A stretch of DNA of 64,000 bases from NCBI GenBank assembly GCA_038845975.1, contig JAWBQF010000006.1, forward strand, positions 36,703 to 100,702, in the 5' to 3' direction. Position numbers and translations under genes: made by a program. The notes beneath the pieces are model-generated. The model searched no databases. It had not been told where the DNA came from and saw only the letters and a list, made by a program, of their open reading frames with translations. Shown one piece after another: positions 42,688 to 52,777 of this stretch; the first letter of the stretch is position 1; the number at the start of each line of letters is the position of its first letter. This DNA is from Candidatus Methanomethylicia archaeon (lineage in GTDB: Archaea > Thermoproteota > Methanomethylicia > CALHIW01).

Positions 42688-43488
42688 ATGGATGGAGCTC
42701 GTAAAGCAATACGTAGAGATTCAGAGACAACATTACAGTATGCTTTAGAAAAGAATCCTGAGCTTGCATCTAAAATCATAGCTGAAATGTTTGATAAGGT
42801 ATTAGATGTAATAAACAGTACAGATCAAAAACTAGCTAAGCAAATTAGAGAAGTTGATAGTAGGCTGGGTAAGCGTATTAATGAGCTTTCCATAAAGATT
42901 GAGACTGTTAATAATGAGTTAAGTAAGCGTATTAATGAGCTTTCCATAAAGATTGAGACTGTTAATAATGAGTTAAGTAAGCGTATTAATGAGCTTTCCA
43001 TAAAGATTGAGACTGTTAATAATGAGTTAAGTAAGCGTATTAGTGGTTTAGCTGAGGAGATTAGTAATTTAGCTAGAGTAGTTGCTACATTAGCGCCTAC
43101 TGTTGGAAAGCTTGATAGGAGGTATGCTAAGCTTGAGGAGATGGAACTACGTGGAACTCTTGAAGGTTTATGCTTTGGTGGTGGCTTTATGGTTGATAGA
43201 GGAGTTATAGCTCCTGGAAAACCTGCTGTTGATGTTATTATTTCAGGTAAGGGATTAGTAGCTTTAGTTGAGATAGCTATGAAGGCAGGATCTAGAGATA
43301 TTAATCAACTCATTAAGGCAGCTAAAGTCTATGAGGAGGTTTACAATGTAAAGCCAAATATTCTATTCCTTCTAAGTGTAGAAGAGCCTGATAAAGCAAC
43401 ATATAGGAGAGCAGAATCCAAAGGCATAATTGTAACGATGAGGCCTGGAAGAATTCTGGAAATTTTAAGAGAGAAGCTTAATCAATAG
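42688..43488 (+). CDS. Coiled-coil protein with C-terminal PD-(D/E)xK-like nuclease domain
   Basis: 18-aa repeats KRINELSIKIETVNNELS. C-terminal E...AVDVII....LVEIAMKA...DINQL motif. Confidence 0.7.
   Translation: MDGARKAIRRDSETTLQYALEKNPELASKIIAEMFDKVLDVINSTDQKLAKQIREVDSRLGKRINELSIKIETVNNELSKRINELSIKIETVNNELSKRINELSIKIETVNNELSKRISGLAEEISNLARVVATLAPTVGKLDRRYAKLEEMELRGTLEGLCFGGGFMVDRGVIAPGKPAVDVIISGKGLVALVEIAMKAGSRDINQLIKAAKVYEEVYNVKPNILFLLSVEEPDKATYRRAESKGIIVTMRPGRILEILREKLNQ
42871..43042 (+). repeat. Perfect 54-bp tandem repeat, 3.2 copies
   Basis: AAGCGTATTAATGAGCTTTCCATAAAGATTGAGACTGTTAATAATGAGTTAAGT at 42871, 42925 and 42979, partial at 43033. Confidence 0.95.
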
Positions 43489-43738
43489 CTACAATACTAA
43501 TTATCGCGGAGTTCAATTCTTTAAGATTTATAAGTAGTAATGAAATATTCCTATTATCTTTCATCTAAGACTCTTAATACAAATCAGCTTAATCAATTCT
43601 TTCAATAACATTGTCCACTCTCAATAAGATTGTCATGGCTAACATTATGATCCAATTAATTTAATGCTTTACTGATAATAGCTATACAAACCTATTAAAA
43701 AGCATACTATATTTCTAAATAAGTATTGAATTAACAAT

Positions 43739-43985
43739 GAACTCATTGCAAAACCCTCAAGTATATTATTATGCATGCTACTTGTATGAGTGCTAGGAAT
43801 GTTGATATTAGCCCTTTCATATCTTATAGTTATTCTTCTGAATGCTTTATCCATGTGAAGAATCTTTCAATAGCGCTTCTTATACTATACGTTTCTCTAT
43901 CAAGTCTTATGGTCTTCCAAGCTTTGGTTTACATCCATTTCTTGAGTTGAAATTTACATTTGCTCTTATCCTTCTATGCTTAAGG
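43739..43985 (-). mobile_element. IS5-family (IS427/IS1031-like) transposase 3' remnant with candidate TIR
   Basis: Frameshift-corrected translation ...RSAIERFFTWIKAFRRITIRYER..STFLALIQVACIIIYLRVLQ*. Candidate terminal repeat GAACTCATTGCAAAA at 43739-43753. Confidence 0.8.
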
Positions 43986-44876
43986 CAAGTTTTGCTACTA
44001 ATCCTCTTGAAACCTTTATCGAATTACAGCTTACTGTTATTAGTGGGAAGCTGTCTACTTTACCATCTCTAACAATCCATAGTGAGATGAGAAGTGGTGT
44101 TTCCGACTCCTCATCGTTTAGATATGTTTTAATCCAGCTCTCCAAAACATCCCTCATCAACTCATAATTTATAAATATTGAACTACCATTAACTCTACCA
44201 CAATAAAAAATAATGGTTGTAAAAGATTTATCTAATGGAAAACCCCTACCTGCACTATAATATCAGCATTACTTAACAAACCACCATACACATCAGTAAA
44301 AATATAAATACACCCCTCCTACCATCCAATCCTAAAACATACATTAATGAAGCTAATAAAAGAAATACTATAAGAAAAGAAATAACCAACCTCATAGCCC
44401 CGAACAAATATACTAACCAATTATAAAATTTTCTTGAAAAAATTCCAATAGGAATCAAAATTTACTGTATTTGGAGACTTAGGCAACATATAACTTCAAC
44501 ACATACTAACTTATAGATTTAGCTATTTAACCTAAAAATCAAAACCATAATCTCTTATAATAAACATAATAACCTAAACTGAAATTATTAAAGCTGGCAA
44601 CCTATAGGTTTTCACCTCATATTGCTAGATCTCTCTAGATTGATGTTAATAAATTCATTTAGAAGTTAAATCTTATAAGCTGGCATAATACTATCATGGA
44701 AATACCTAATAAGATAGAAAGCATACTGGAATCCAATTCTAATAGAACCTTCAAGGATCCTAAAAACCTAATACTAACACGAAGCAGAATTCACAATTCT
44801 TATCGTCTAATTTAGCTTCAGCTTGAAATGAGCTTAATCTTTAAAAGCTTTAAATTAGTATTGTGTTGGTGATTAT

Positions 44877-46052
44877 TTGGCTCTCAACTTCAGCTTCTCC
44901 GAGGATCAGGTTTTAACACGTAAAATGGTTCGTGAATTCTTCGAGAGGGAAATTGCTCCTAAAGCAGCACTATGGGATAGAAGTAGAGAGTTCCCACATG
45001 AATGTATTTTAAAGATGGCTGATATGGGTCTTATGGGTTTATATGCTCCTAAAGAATATGGTGGACAGGATATAGATAATGTTACTGCTGGTATTATTCA
45101 TGAGGAAATTGGAAGAGTGGACTGTAACTGTGGTGTTATACTTTACGTACACAACAATGCCGTAATGCTCATAAGTAGGATAGCATCAAAAAGCCTAAAG
45201 GATGAATGGCTTGAGAAACTCGTAAAATGCAAAAGGAAAATAGGGCTAGCGTTAACGGAGCCAGGATATGGTAGCGACTTCGCATCCATAACGACGAAGG
45301 CTGAGAGAAGAGGTGAACACTACATCATCAACGGCGAAAAATCATATATAACGGGAGCTGCTCCAGGAGGCCTAGATCTATTCATAGTATTCGTAAAGAC
45401 AGGACCAATAGAGGCAGGACATAAAGCCATAAGCGCTTTATTGGTTAACTTGGATAGCGAAGGAATTGAAAGATATGAAATTGAGGATATGGGGCTAAGA
45501 GGAAGCAAATTCGGAGGCTTAAGATTCAACAACGCCAAAGTACCCATAGGAAACATCATAGGTGAGGAGAATAGAGGATTCTACTATATTATGGAGCATT
45601 TCAATCCTGGAAGGGTTTTATGGACTCTTGTAGCTCTCGGAGCTGCTGAGAAAGCACTTGAACTTACAATAGAATATGCTAAGCAGAGGAAAGTATTTGG
45701 GAAGCCGCTAGCAAAATTCGAGGAAATACAGTTTAGAATTGCGAGGAACTACATGAATATTGAAGCCGCAAAGCTTCTATGCTATAAAGCTCTATGGCTT
45801 GCAGATAAGGGGGAAACAAGAGAGCTTATAAAAATACATGCAATGGCTAAATGGCTTGGTGTTGAAGCTGCTATAAAAGCAATCGATGACTCAATGCAAA
45901 TACATGGTGCAATAGGATATACAGTAGAGTACCCTCTTGAAAGAATGTATAGGGACGTAAGAGGATTCGGATGGGCTGATGGAAGCATAGAAATAATGAA
46001 GATAATAACTGCAAGAGAAATACTTGGAAGAGAATACCTACCCTATAGATAA
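44877..46052 (+). CDS. Acyl-CoA dehydrogenase
   Basis: PKEYGG, ALTEPGYGSD, INGEKSYIT, YAKQRKVFGKPL and QIHGAIGY..EYPLERMYRD. Confidence 0.93.
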   Translation: MALNFSFSEDQVLTRKMVREFFEREIAPKAALWDRSREFPHECILKMADMGLMGLYAPKEYGGQDIDNVTAGIIHEEIGRVDCNCGVILYVHNNAVMLISRIASKSLKDEWLEKLVKCKRKIGLALTEPGYGSDFASITTKAERRGEHYIINGEKSYITGAAPGGLDLFIVFVKTGPIEAGHKAISALLVNLDSEGIERYEIEDMGLRGSKFGGLRFNNAKVPIGNIIGEENRGFYYIMEHFNPGRVLWTLVALGAAEKALELTIEYAKQRKVFGKPLAKFEEIQFRIARNYMNIEAAKLLCYKALWLADKGETRELIKIHAMAKWLGVEAAIKAIDDSMQIHGAIGYTVEYPLERMYRDVRGFGWADGSIEIMKIITAREILGREYLPYR

Positions 46053-47205
46053 CAACATACTTCATATTAGCTAAATCACCAACGTACTAAAATATACAAC
46101 CATGCTAACAAGAATAATCATTCTAAAAGCTCAAATCATTAAACGATTCCACACAATCATTAACGACCATTCAATAAAACCCAAATTCAGGTTAAGTGGG
46201 AGCTCTATGAACGTAATTGATTGTTAAGCAACAAGATAATGTGAACTGGAAAGCTTAATATCCAATATAATTGATTAAATATAAATTTATTATTAATAAC
46301 TATTAAAATACCTTATAAAATATATAGCGCGGAAACTACCATCATCTAAAGTTTAAACCATCTTCATTAATTCCTAAACCGTACCCATCTCCTAGCTTTA
46401 ATAATATAGGGTAGATTAACAAATAAAAGAGCTGAGAAATCATGAATGTCATCATGTAGAATACTGAATTCGATATGAAGATATGCTAATGAGTTAGAAA
46501 TAGGAGGATATATAAGCGGAGTTATAATGACTTCTAAGAAGCCGAAACGACACTATAATGAAGAGTAAACATTTACTTAACTCTTTAAGTCTAAAAGTAG
46601 ATAATTAGAAACTGTGGACTCCAAGATCATCCAATAATTTATCACGTAATACTCTTAAATTACACTTTAAGAGCCTACTAGGTAGCCCTAATCAACATCA
46701 TCAAGACAGCTTGAATCTATGAAGTAATCCTCCTCAATTAAGCCTACAAGCATCTATAACATCCTAACCTTCTCCTAAATAGGCAATCTAAGATTGTGAG
46801 AGCAAGAAGCAAATTCATCAGAAAATGTAAAACCAGCATAATAACAGGTTAAAAGTTTAAACCAATCATATGAAACCTTAATATAAATTCAACAAACTCC
46901 ATTCCTACCACCCACTTAGATTCTATCTTTTTCTCCTCATGATTAGCTCCATCTTACCAATATCTCTTCCTACATTTGATTGTTGATGCATAATATTGTC
47001 CGGTAAACTTAGCTTATATTCCACATAATGATATAGTATCCTCATATGTCATGAGCTTAATAAGCATTATTTAAACCTAATAGCCTTACTTAAAATCAAC
47101 ATTTACATAAGAATATTCTATCATTTAACGAAATGTTATAGTTCTAAGTTTAAGCATTCCTCACTAAGCCTGTGATATCCTCAAGAATAGATAGCCTAAA
47201 ATAAT

Positions 47206-47487
47206 TTATCTAAATATTAATACTAGAAGCGTCCCCATTATTGACGTCCACATAGCAGCCATAAGCCCAATAATCCACTTAATCAACGAATCAATCCTCT
47301 TATTCACATTACCTATCTCACTTCTTAATGCTTCAATATCGCTTTTAGTTGCTACATCCCTTACAACCGCATTTATTATTGCTAGCCTTACATCAGAATC
47401 TATAGCCAAAGCTGATGCAAGCCTACGTCTAACATTAGGATTCCTCTCAACAGCATCAATAACCTCATCAACAATGCTTTCAGACAT
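47206..47487 (-). CDS. Small membrane-anchored coiled-coil protein (ATKxD beta-layer; DUF1640-like)
   Basis: Helical head, VATKSDIEALRSEI neck/stalk, C-terminal TM KWIIGLMAAMWTSIMGTLLVLIF. Confidence 0.7.
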   Translation of the reverse strand: MSESIVDEVIDAVERNPNVRRRLASALAIDSDVRLAIINAVVRDVATKSDIEALRSEIGNVNKRIDSLIKWIIGLMAAMWTSIMGTLLVLIFR

Positions 47488-47908
47488 TAAGGTAAATAAT
47501 GTTTAAAACATATAAAGCTTATGCTTTAAATTAATGTATTTCTACTAAACGTATAGCTAGAAGCTTTATGACTTATTATCATCTCCTTATTATGTATTAG
47601 ATGTTGTAGAATATTTATTACTCCTAAGTATCTTAATTTCATAGTTATACATGTCTCCGTTAATGATAAGTCTATAAGCTTATTGGATATAATAACAGTG
47701 ATATGGAGCCTATATTGTGGTTTTTATATTGGAAATAATAGATTAACATGTTATGTTTGATGTGGAGGAATTCAACGATTTAAGTGGGATGTTTAGAGGG
47801 TTTTGTCTCTATATGTTGGCTTATTTAGGTCTCATAAGGAATTGATAGTAATAAATAAGTGGTTGCCCGTAAAAGCAATGAGAACTCATATTAATTAACT
47901 TTCAACTC

Positions 47909-48364
47909 CTATAGCTTCTCGAATAGCTCCCATATATTTCTTCTCCAGATCTCATCAGCTACATCCTCAATCACGTCATCGGTAATGTTTTCCAGATCTC
48001 GCTCTCCAGCTAAATCCTTAATTAAGCTGTTGATTAGTTCAGCTACGTTTTCCCTTAGCTTCAACTCAATTTTCCTACTAGTTTTAGTATTGATGAATAT
48101 AAGCCTTATTAGATTGCTTTCCGAATTAACAACTTCTATATTTAGTTTTCCAAGAGTACAGCATGCTGCTGCCTGCACTCCATCAATTATGCATGTATAC
48201 GGTCTTTTCATAGGAACATGTATTATACAGTAAAGATCATGTATACCAGTAGGTTTAAGAAACTCCCTAGCATAAAGACCTGCTCTATAGCCTAATACAA
48301 GCCAAGGTCCCTTATGTCCATGCAGTTTAACAGCCTCCTCAAAGCTTAATCCAACCATCCTCAA
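47909..48364 (-). CDS. fmdE: FmdE-family protein
   Basis: LHGHKGPWLVLGYRAG and CIIDGVQAAACCTLGKLNI. Confidence 0.85.
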   Translation of the reverse strand: MRMVGLSFEEAVKLHGHKGPWLVLGYRAGLYAREFLKPTGIHDLYCIIHVPMKRPYTCIIDGVQAAACCTLGKLNIEVVNSESNLIRLIFINTKTSRKIELKLRENVAELINSLIKDLAGERDLENITDDVIEDVADEIWRRNIWELFEKL

Positions 48365-48509
48365 CCCCCAGAATTACTCATAACTGTAGAACCATCGTAC
48401 TTGCCCTCAATATGAATTATCATTTATGATGGGAAAAATATCGTAGAGTACAGAGCAACTGGAATAACATATTTCTTCATATACGGATACTTTAATCACT
48501 TTCTCCATA

Positions 48510-48540
48510 AGTATTACCAGCATCATTAACTAGTAATATT
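48510..48540. promoter_or_regulatory. Second NikR-type operator, upstream of fmdE
   Basis: GTATTAC-N15-GTAATAT (48511-48539), with the same half-site and spacing as the operator at 33155-33189. Confidence 0.6.
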
Positions 48541-49246
48541 AATAGTAACTATTAAATCTTTCCCTATAATAAAATCCCATTTTATGAGGTACAAATATGT
48601 ATTAAGCTCAATTAAAATTTAATTCCACATATTGGAAATCAATAAATATTCATTATGTACGGGAAACAATTAAACAGCAAACAATATTTCAATAGTAATA
48701 AAGATAAGTAGAAGCCGTAAAACCAACATTAACCTCATAGAAATGAGAATCCCTCAAAATCACTCCATAGCTATAGGTAACCGTAATGATCATTTACATA
48801 CAATAAATGGAAATTTAGGAAGTACGTTCTCAACCCATACCTAACAGAAAATACATATACTTTAACAACGGAGAATTAATACATATTCAAATTTCTGAGA
48901 TGATATTAAGAATTATTAAACGATAATTACTAGGACTTCAATATTGTAATACACCACATCTAAACATCAAGAAGATTAAGATAATTATGATCTAAGTAAT
49001 TTTATAGTATTAAATGTAGGACAGCATATAGGATAAACAATTTAATAATTATACATCATGAGAATACATGATAATAAGTCATTCATACTATTAATATTAC
49101 TAATAATGTGATATTGATAGAAAATGAAGCTAAACATAAAACAAAAGCATTAACATACTTGGCAACCATAAATTCTAAGAAAGATTTAGGAGATGAAGCT
49201 GAAACAATATCAATACATGAAACCTAATAACCGAAACGATTAGTAA

Positions 49247-49822
49247 CTACCTCATGAATATAGCTAGAGTCTGCATTAGCATTATTAGTATGCTAACTAC
49301 TGTAAATCCAATACCAATACCCCACCTCAACATCCTCACCTCACTCCTCAACATCCTCACCTCACTCCTCAACACGTTAAAATCACTCTTCAAAGCATTA
49401 ACATCACTCCTCAATATATTAAATTCACTTCTTAACGTATTAACATCACTCTTCAAATCCTCAAAATCCTCCTTTGTAACCATATTCTTTAAGTCTTCCT
49501 TTGTAACCATATCCTTAATGTCTTCCTTCGTAGCCATATTCTTTAAGTCCTCTTTCGTAGCCATATTTCTAATATCTTCCTTGGTCGCCATATTCTTTAG
49601 GTCTTCCTTCGTAGCCATGTTTTTTATATCTTCCCTTGTAGCCATATTCTTAATATCCTCTTTCGTAGCCATTTTACTCATTATTTCTCTTACTTCATGG
49701 TTTAACCTCATTATTGATAGTACCATTATGTCCTCAGCCTCAATCCTCCTCGTCTCTACAACCTTCCTCCTCCTATTCTCCCACTCTCCCTCTAAAAGCT
49801 CAAATACAATATCCCTACTCAC
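49247..49822 (-). CDS. Membrane-anchored alpha/beta coiled-coil protein with 8 MATKED nonad repeats
   Basis: Head domain, 8x M(A/V)T(K/R)ED(I/L/F)xx, 6 heptads LRSE..., C-terminal TM. Confidence 0.8.
   Translation of the reverse strand: MSRDIVFELLEGEWENRRRKVVETRRIEAEDIMVLSIMRLNHEVREIMSKMATKEDIKNMATREDIKNMATKEDLKNMATKEDIRNMATKEDLKNMATKEDIKDMVTKEDLKNMVTKEDFEDLKSDVNTLRSEFNILRSDVNALKSDFNVLRSEVRMLRSEVRMLRWGIGIGFTVVSILIMLMQTLAIFMR
49331..49672 (-). repeat. 27-bp x8 and 21-bp x6 coding tandem repeats
   Basis: Recurring plus-strand TCTTCCTTCGTAGCCATATTC-like units (49457-49672) and TCACTCCTCAACATCCTCACC-like units. Confidence 0.9.
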
Positions 49823-50718
49823 ACTATAATAATGCCTAGATCAATATTTAAACCTATCTAAAATAGTAAATATTTTGAAGCTATTTCATCACATTCATAA
49901 GGAATCAAGCAATATCGTAAATCATGTAATATCATTTGTAGAATTAATGATTATAGTAATGATTTCAGCTTAGTAACCATATAGTTGTTATTCTCCAGCT
50001 TATACCTTCAAGCGAATAATATGCTAGGCTTAGCTGTCCTACATTGATGAATGGTTATTAACATCCTTAAGGAATAAGAATTCCATCTTCATTTCCAATT
50101 AAGCTTCTCCCTAGCTACATATCAGTTACTCTTTAAGAATAGTAAAGCCGAGAAGAAGCTTAAAAGGACATGGAAATAATAAAAACCCTTAATACTACTT
50201 TAAGAAGCTAAGCAAGAATTGAGAAGGACTATCTACGAATATATGAAGATCCTGGGATTCCGTTAACTATAAGAAAGAGTGTAGAGCAACATCCCTTAAT
50301 TAATAACTATCTGAATAGAAGCCATAATCTAGTCAAATAATCATGAAGCTAGACATTATGGAGAAATATGAAATATCATGAGAATATAATTCAACCATCA
50401 TCAATGATAATTTGAAGAAGTTAAGTAAGTATTTCAAGGTTATCGATTAGTGCTAAAGCATCCACTAAATACTCTATACATATCTATGAATTCATCGTGA
50501 AATTCATGAAGGAAACATGGATACTATGTTTATACTAGCTACATCCTCCTGACATCAGCATCCTCAAGAGTAGAGATCTGCTATGGAGATACGTTAACCC
50601 AACGTTCTAGAAAAGAAGTAGATGATAATAGACGTTTAAATCTTCAACAAGGACGAGAATGTTTAAACATCATAAGATGATAACATGAAAATATGGAGAA
50701 GCTGAGAGAAACAAAAAG

Positions 50719-50805
50719 ACTGGAAAACTAGATATATTTTCAATATATTGAATCAATATAGCAAAACATATAAGTACGCATTTTAATACTATAAGGATTT
50801 ACATG
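50719..50805 (+). repeat. Copy 1 of an ~87-bp diverged direct repeat (promoter region plus ATG)
   Basis: ACTGGAAAACTAGATATATTT.CAAT...GAATCAA..ATAGCAAA...GCATTTTAATA...GATTTACATG. Copy 2 is at 52571-52658. Confidence 0.85.
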
Positions 50806-51162
50806 TATTGTAGTTTGCTTTCTAATCTTAGGGTTTTAGCTTTAAGGAGGAGGGTATGGTTTAAACTATCTTTAGAGGAGAGATCAATAATAGAATTAAC
50901 AATAAAAACAGTTAGAATCGTTAAGAGTAAAGTATTAGGAAGCTGTCTAATTAAGATAGTTTTCAAAATCCTAGAATTAATAGAGAATAAACTCCTAAAA
51001 TCAATATATCAACATGGATTAAGAATAGCTAAATCATACTCATCATACGCCTTAAAGTGGGGGAATAGAGAAGCTGAGAAATGGATTGAAGATGAAGCAT
51101 ACATATTCCACCTAGGAATATCATACATAAACACACCACCAATATACAAAACACCATACTGA
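50803..51162 (+). CDS. Conserved-looking basic hypothetical protein
   Basis: 119 aa with ALRRRVWFKLSLEERSIIELTI...ALKWGNREAEKW. Function not recognised. Confidence 0.6.
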   Translation: MYCSLLSNLRVLALRRRVWFKLSLEERSIIELTIKTVRIVKSKVLGSCLIKIVFKILELIENKLLKSIYQHGLRIAKSYSSYALKWGNREAEKWIEDEAYIFHLGISYINTPPIYKTPY

Positions 51163-51631
51163 AACATAAAAATCTGAGGAATTGATAAACAACCAGTAAA
51201 CACTAAGCTGAAAGCCCATGACATATAGGTAATCAACATGGAGAAATATGGAAAGCTAGACCACAACCTAGTGGATAGGCTTTTCGAAGCGGAACATGAG
51301 CCAGTAAAGGTGAAGCTTGCGGGGAAGCTGATAGAGAGGTCCTGATGCAACCGCGATGTATGAAGAGGAAAGTGAGCGATGAGCACGGTGAGGATTAGCC
51401 GTGAGTAAAGAGCAGCTTGATTGGTGTGGCTTTACACTTGCGGCCAAGCAGTTTAAAGAGTTGAAGGGGTTAAGGCTGAAAGGCCGACCATAGAGATCAA
51501 GCTGACCGGAGAAGCCTTAAGCCTATTATACAAACACCTCAAAAGCAAGTCTAATACATAACTACTCCAATATACCCTTTTGCTTCGAAGAATTTTTATA
51601 GCTAGCACGTTTAAACACTAATGGTGTTAGT

Positions 51632-52012
51632 ATGGCTGTTAATGAAGCACTCAAAGCTTTAGCTTACGCTCACGAAGAGTATAAGAAGTTCGAGCAGAAA
51701 GGAGACCTCCTCCTACTTAGGGATGCTAGCGAGAAGGCATGGCTTGCCGTAATCATCGCTACCGATTTACTCCTCATGGCGAGCGGAATGGGAAAACCCT
51801 CTAGCTACAAGGAGAGGAAAAACATGCTACGAACCCTCATGGCCAAAGAACCTAAACTCGCTCAACTGGGAATCGACGACAAATTCTATGCGAGAGCCTA
51901 CAAGCTACACATACTAGGATTCCATGAGGGAATACTAGATGCAGAGGACATTAAAGAGGAACTCAAGAAAACCGAGGAATACATCAAAACCATAGAAAAA
52001 CTCATAAAGTAA
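51632..52012 (+). CDS. PaREP1/HEPN-like protein
   Basis: GDLLLLRDASEKAWLAV and AYKLHILGFHE motifs. TATA-like TTTTTATA near 51593. Confidence 0.75.
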   Translation: MAVNEALKALAYAHEEYKKFEQKGDLLLLRDASEKAWLAVIIATDLLLMASGMGKPSSYKERKNMLRTLMAKEPKLAQLGIDDKFYARAYKLHILGFHEGILDAEDIKEELKKTEEYIKTIEKLIK

Positions 52013-52217
52013 ACATGTCGAAACCCCTCATTTATAACCTCACCTAAGCTCTATCCTGCAAACACCTTAAAGGCGAAGCCATGCTAAATCATAACCAGGC
52101 TTTCAAAGTAGAATACAAGACCGTAAAGGAGAAGTCAAGGTGAAGATCCTACTCATAGACAGCGTAGACTTCATGAGCGGCTACCTCGTAAATATGTGAA
52201 GACCTAGCGTAACAGTT

Positions 52218-52481
52218 GTGGATAATTTAAGATCCGGATGCTTGGAGAACGTCGGGGACCGGATCGACAACTCGAAGCTCAAGTTCGTAAGGAAGGGCTT
52301 GAAGGAGTATGTTGAAGAGTGGAGAAAGATGGAGGAAAAGGCTTCTCATTCCCAGAAACATGAAGAAACCATATCGTACAGGGCTAAAGCCGACTACGAG
52401 CTCACAGAGCGAGAAGAGGCAGAGGAAGCAATAGGGATAGCCGAGGACATTTCAGCAAAGAACAAGAAATACTTGGGTTAA
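52218..52481 (+). pseudogene. Degraded HEPN-domain fragment
   Basis: C-terminal RAKADYE.TEREEAEEAIGIAEDI matches the HEPN R-x-x-ADY...EEAEEAI pattern. The N-terminus does not. Confidence 0.5.
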
Positions 52482-52570
52482 GCACATGAACTTAAAGAGA
52501 ATTCAAGAACACAACAAAGTTAAATGCAATATTAATCCATATTTAAATCATAAATATCAAACAAAAATAA

Positions 52571-52658
52571 ACTGGAAAACTAGATATATTTCCAATCATC
52601 CCGAATCAAATCATAGCAAACATGCAAGCATGCATTTTAATATTGTTAGATTTACATG
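52571..52658 (+). repeat. Copy 2 of the ~87-bp direct repeat
   Basis: Colinear with 50719-50805. Its ATG (52656) opens only 12 codons. Confidence 0.85.
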
Positions 52659-52777
52659 ATCCTAAATAGGAGATATATTAGAAGGCTAGCATAATGTTAA
52701 AGCATAGTAACATTCAACATAATATCCGTAAGGTATGAACTGTGAAGACTTAAATATTTTGAAGTAAGCTTATAGTT

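Noticed and set aside
42871-43042. CRISPR or non-coding satellite
   Set aside because: The units are contiguous with no spacers, are a multiple of 3 and lie in frame within a CDS.
44273-44458. 61-aa hydrophobic ORF
   Set aside because: Possibly a membrane-gene fragment, but no family is recognisable and start signals are poor.
50150-50300. IS701/IS4-like transposase remnant (W...EAKQEL)
   Set aside because: Only a few residues match across several stops, which is too weak to call.
51330-51400. Hammerhead ribozyme or C/D-box sRNA in a GC-richer patch (CTGATG...GAAA)
   Set aside because: The core reads CTGATGC rather than CTGATGA and I could not build the stems. It is more likely decayed coding sequence.
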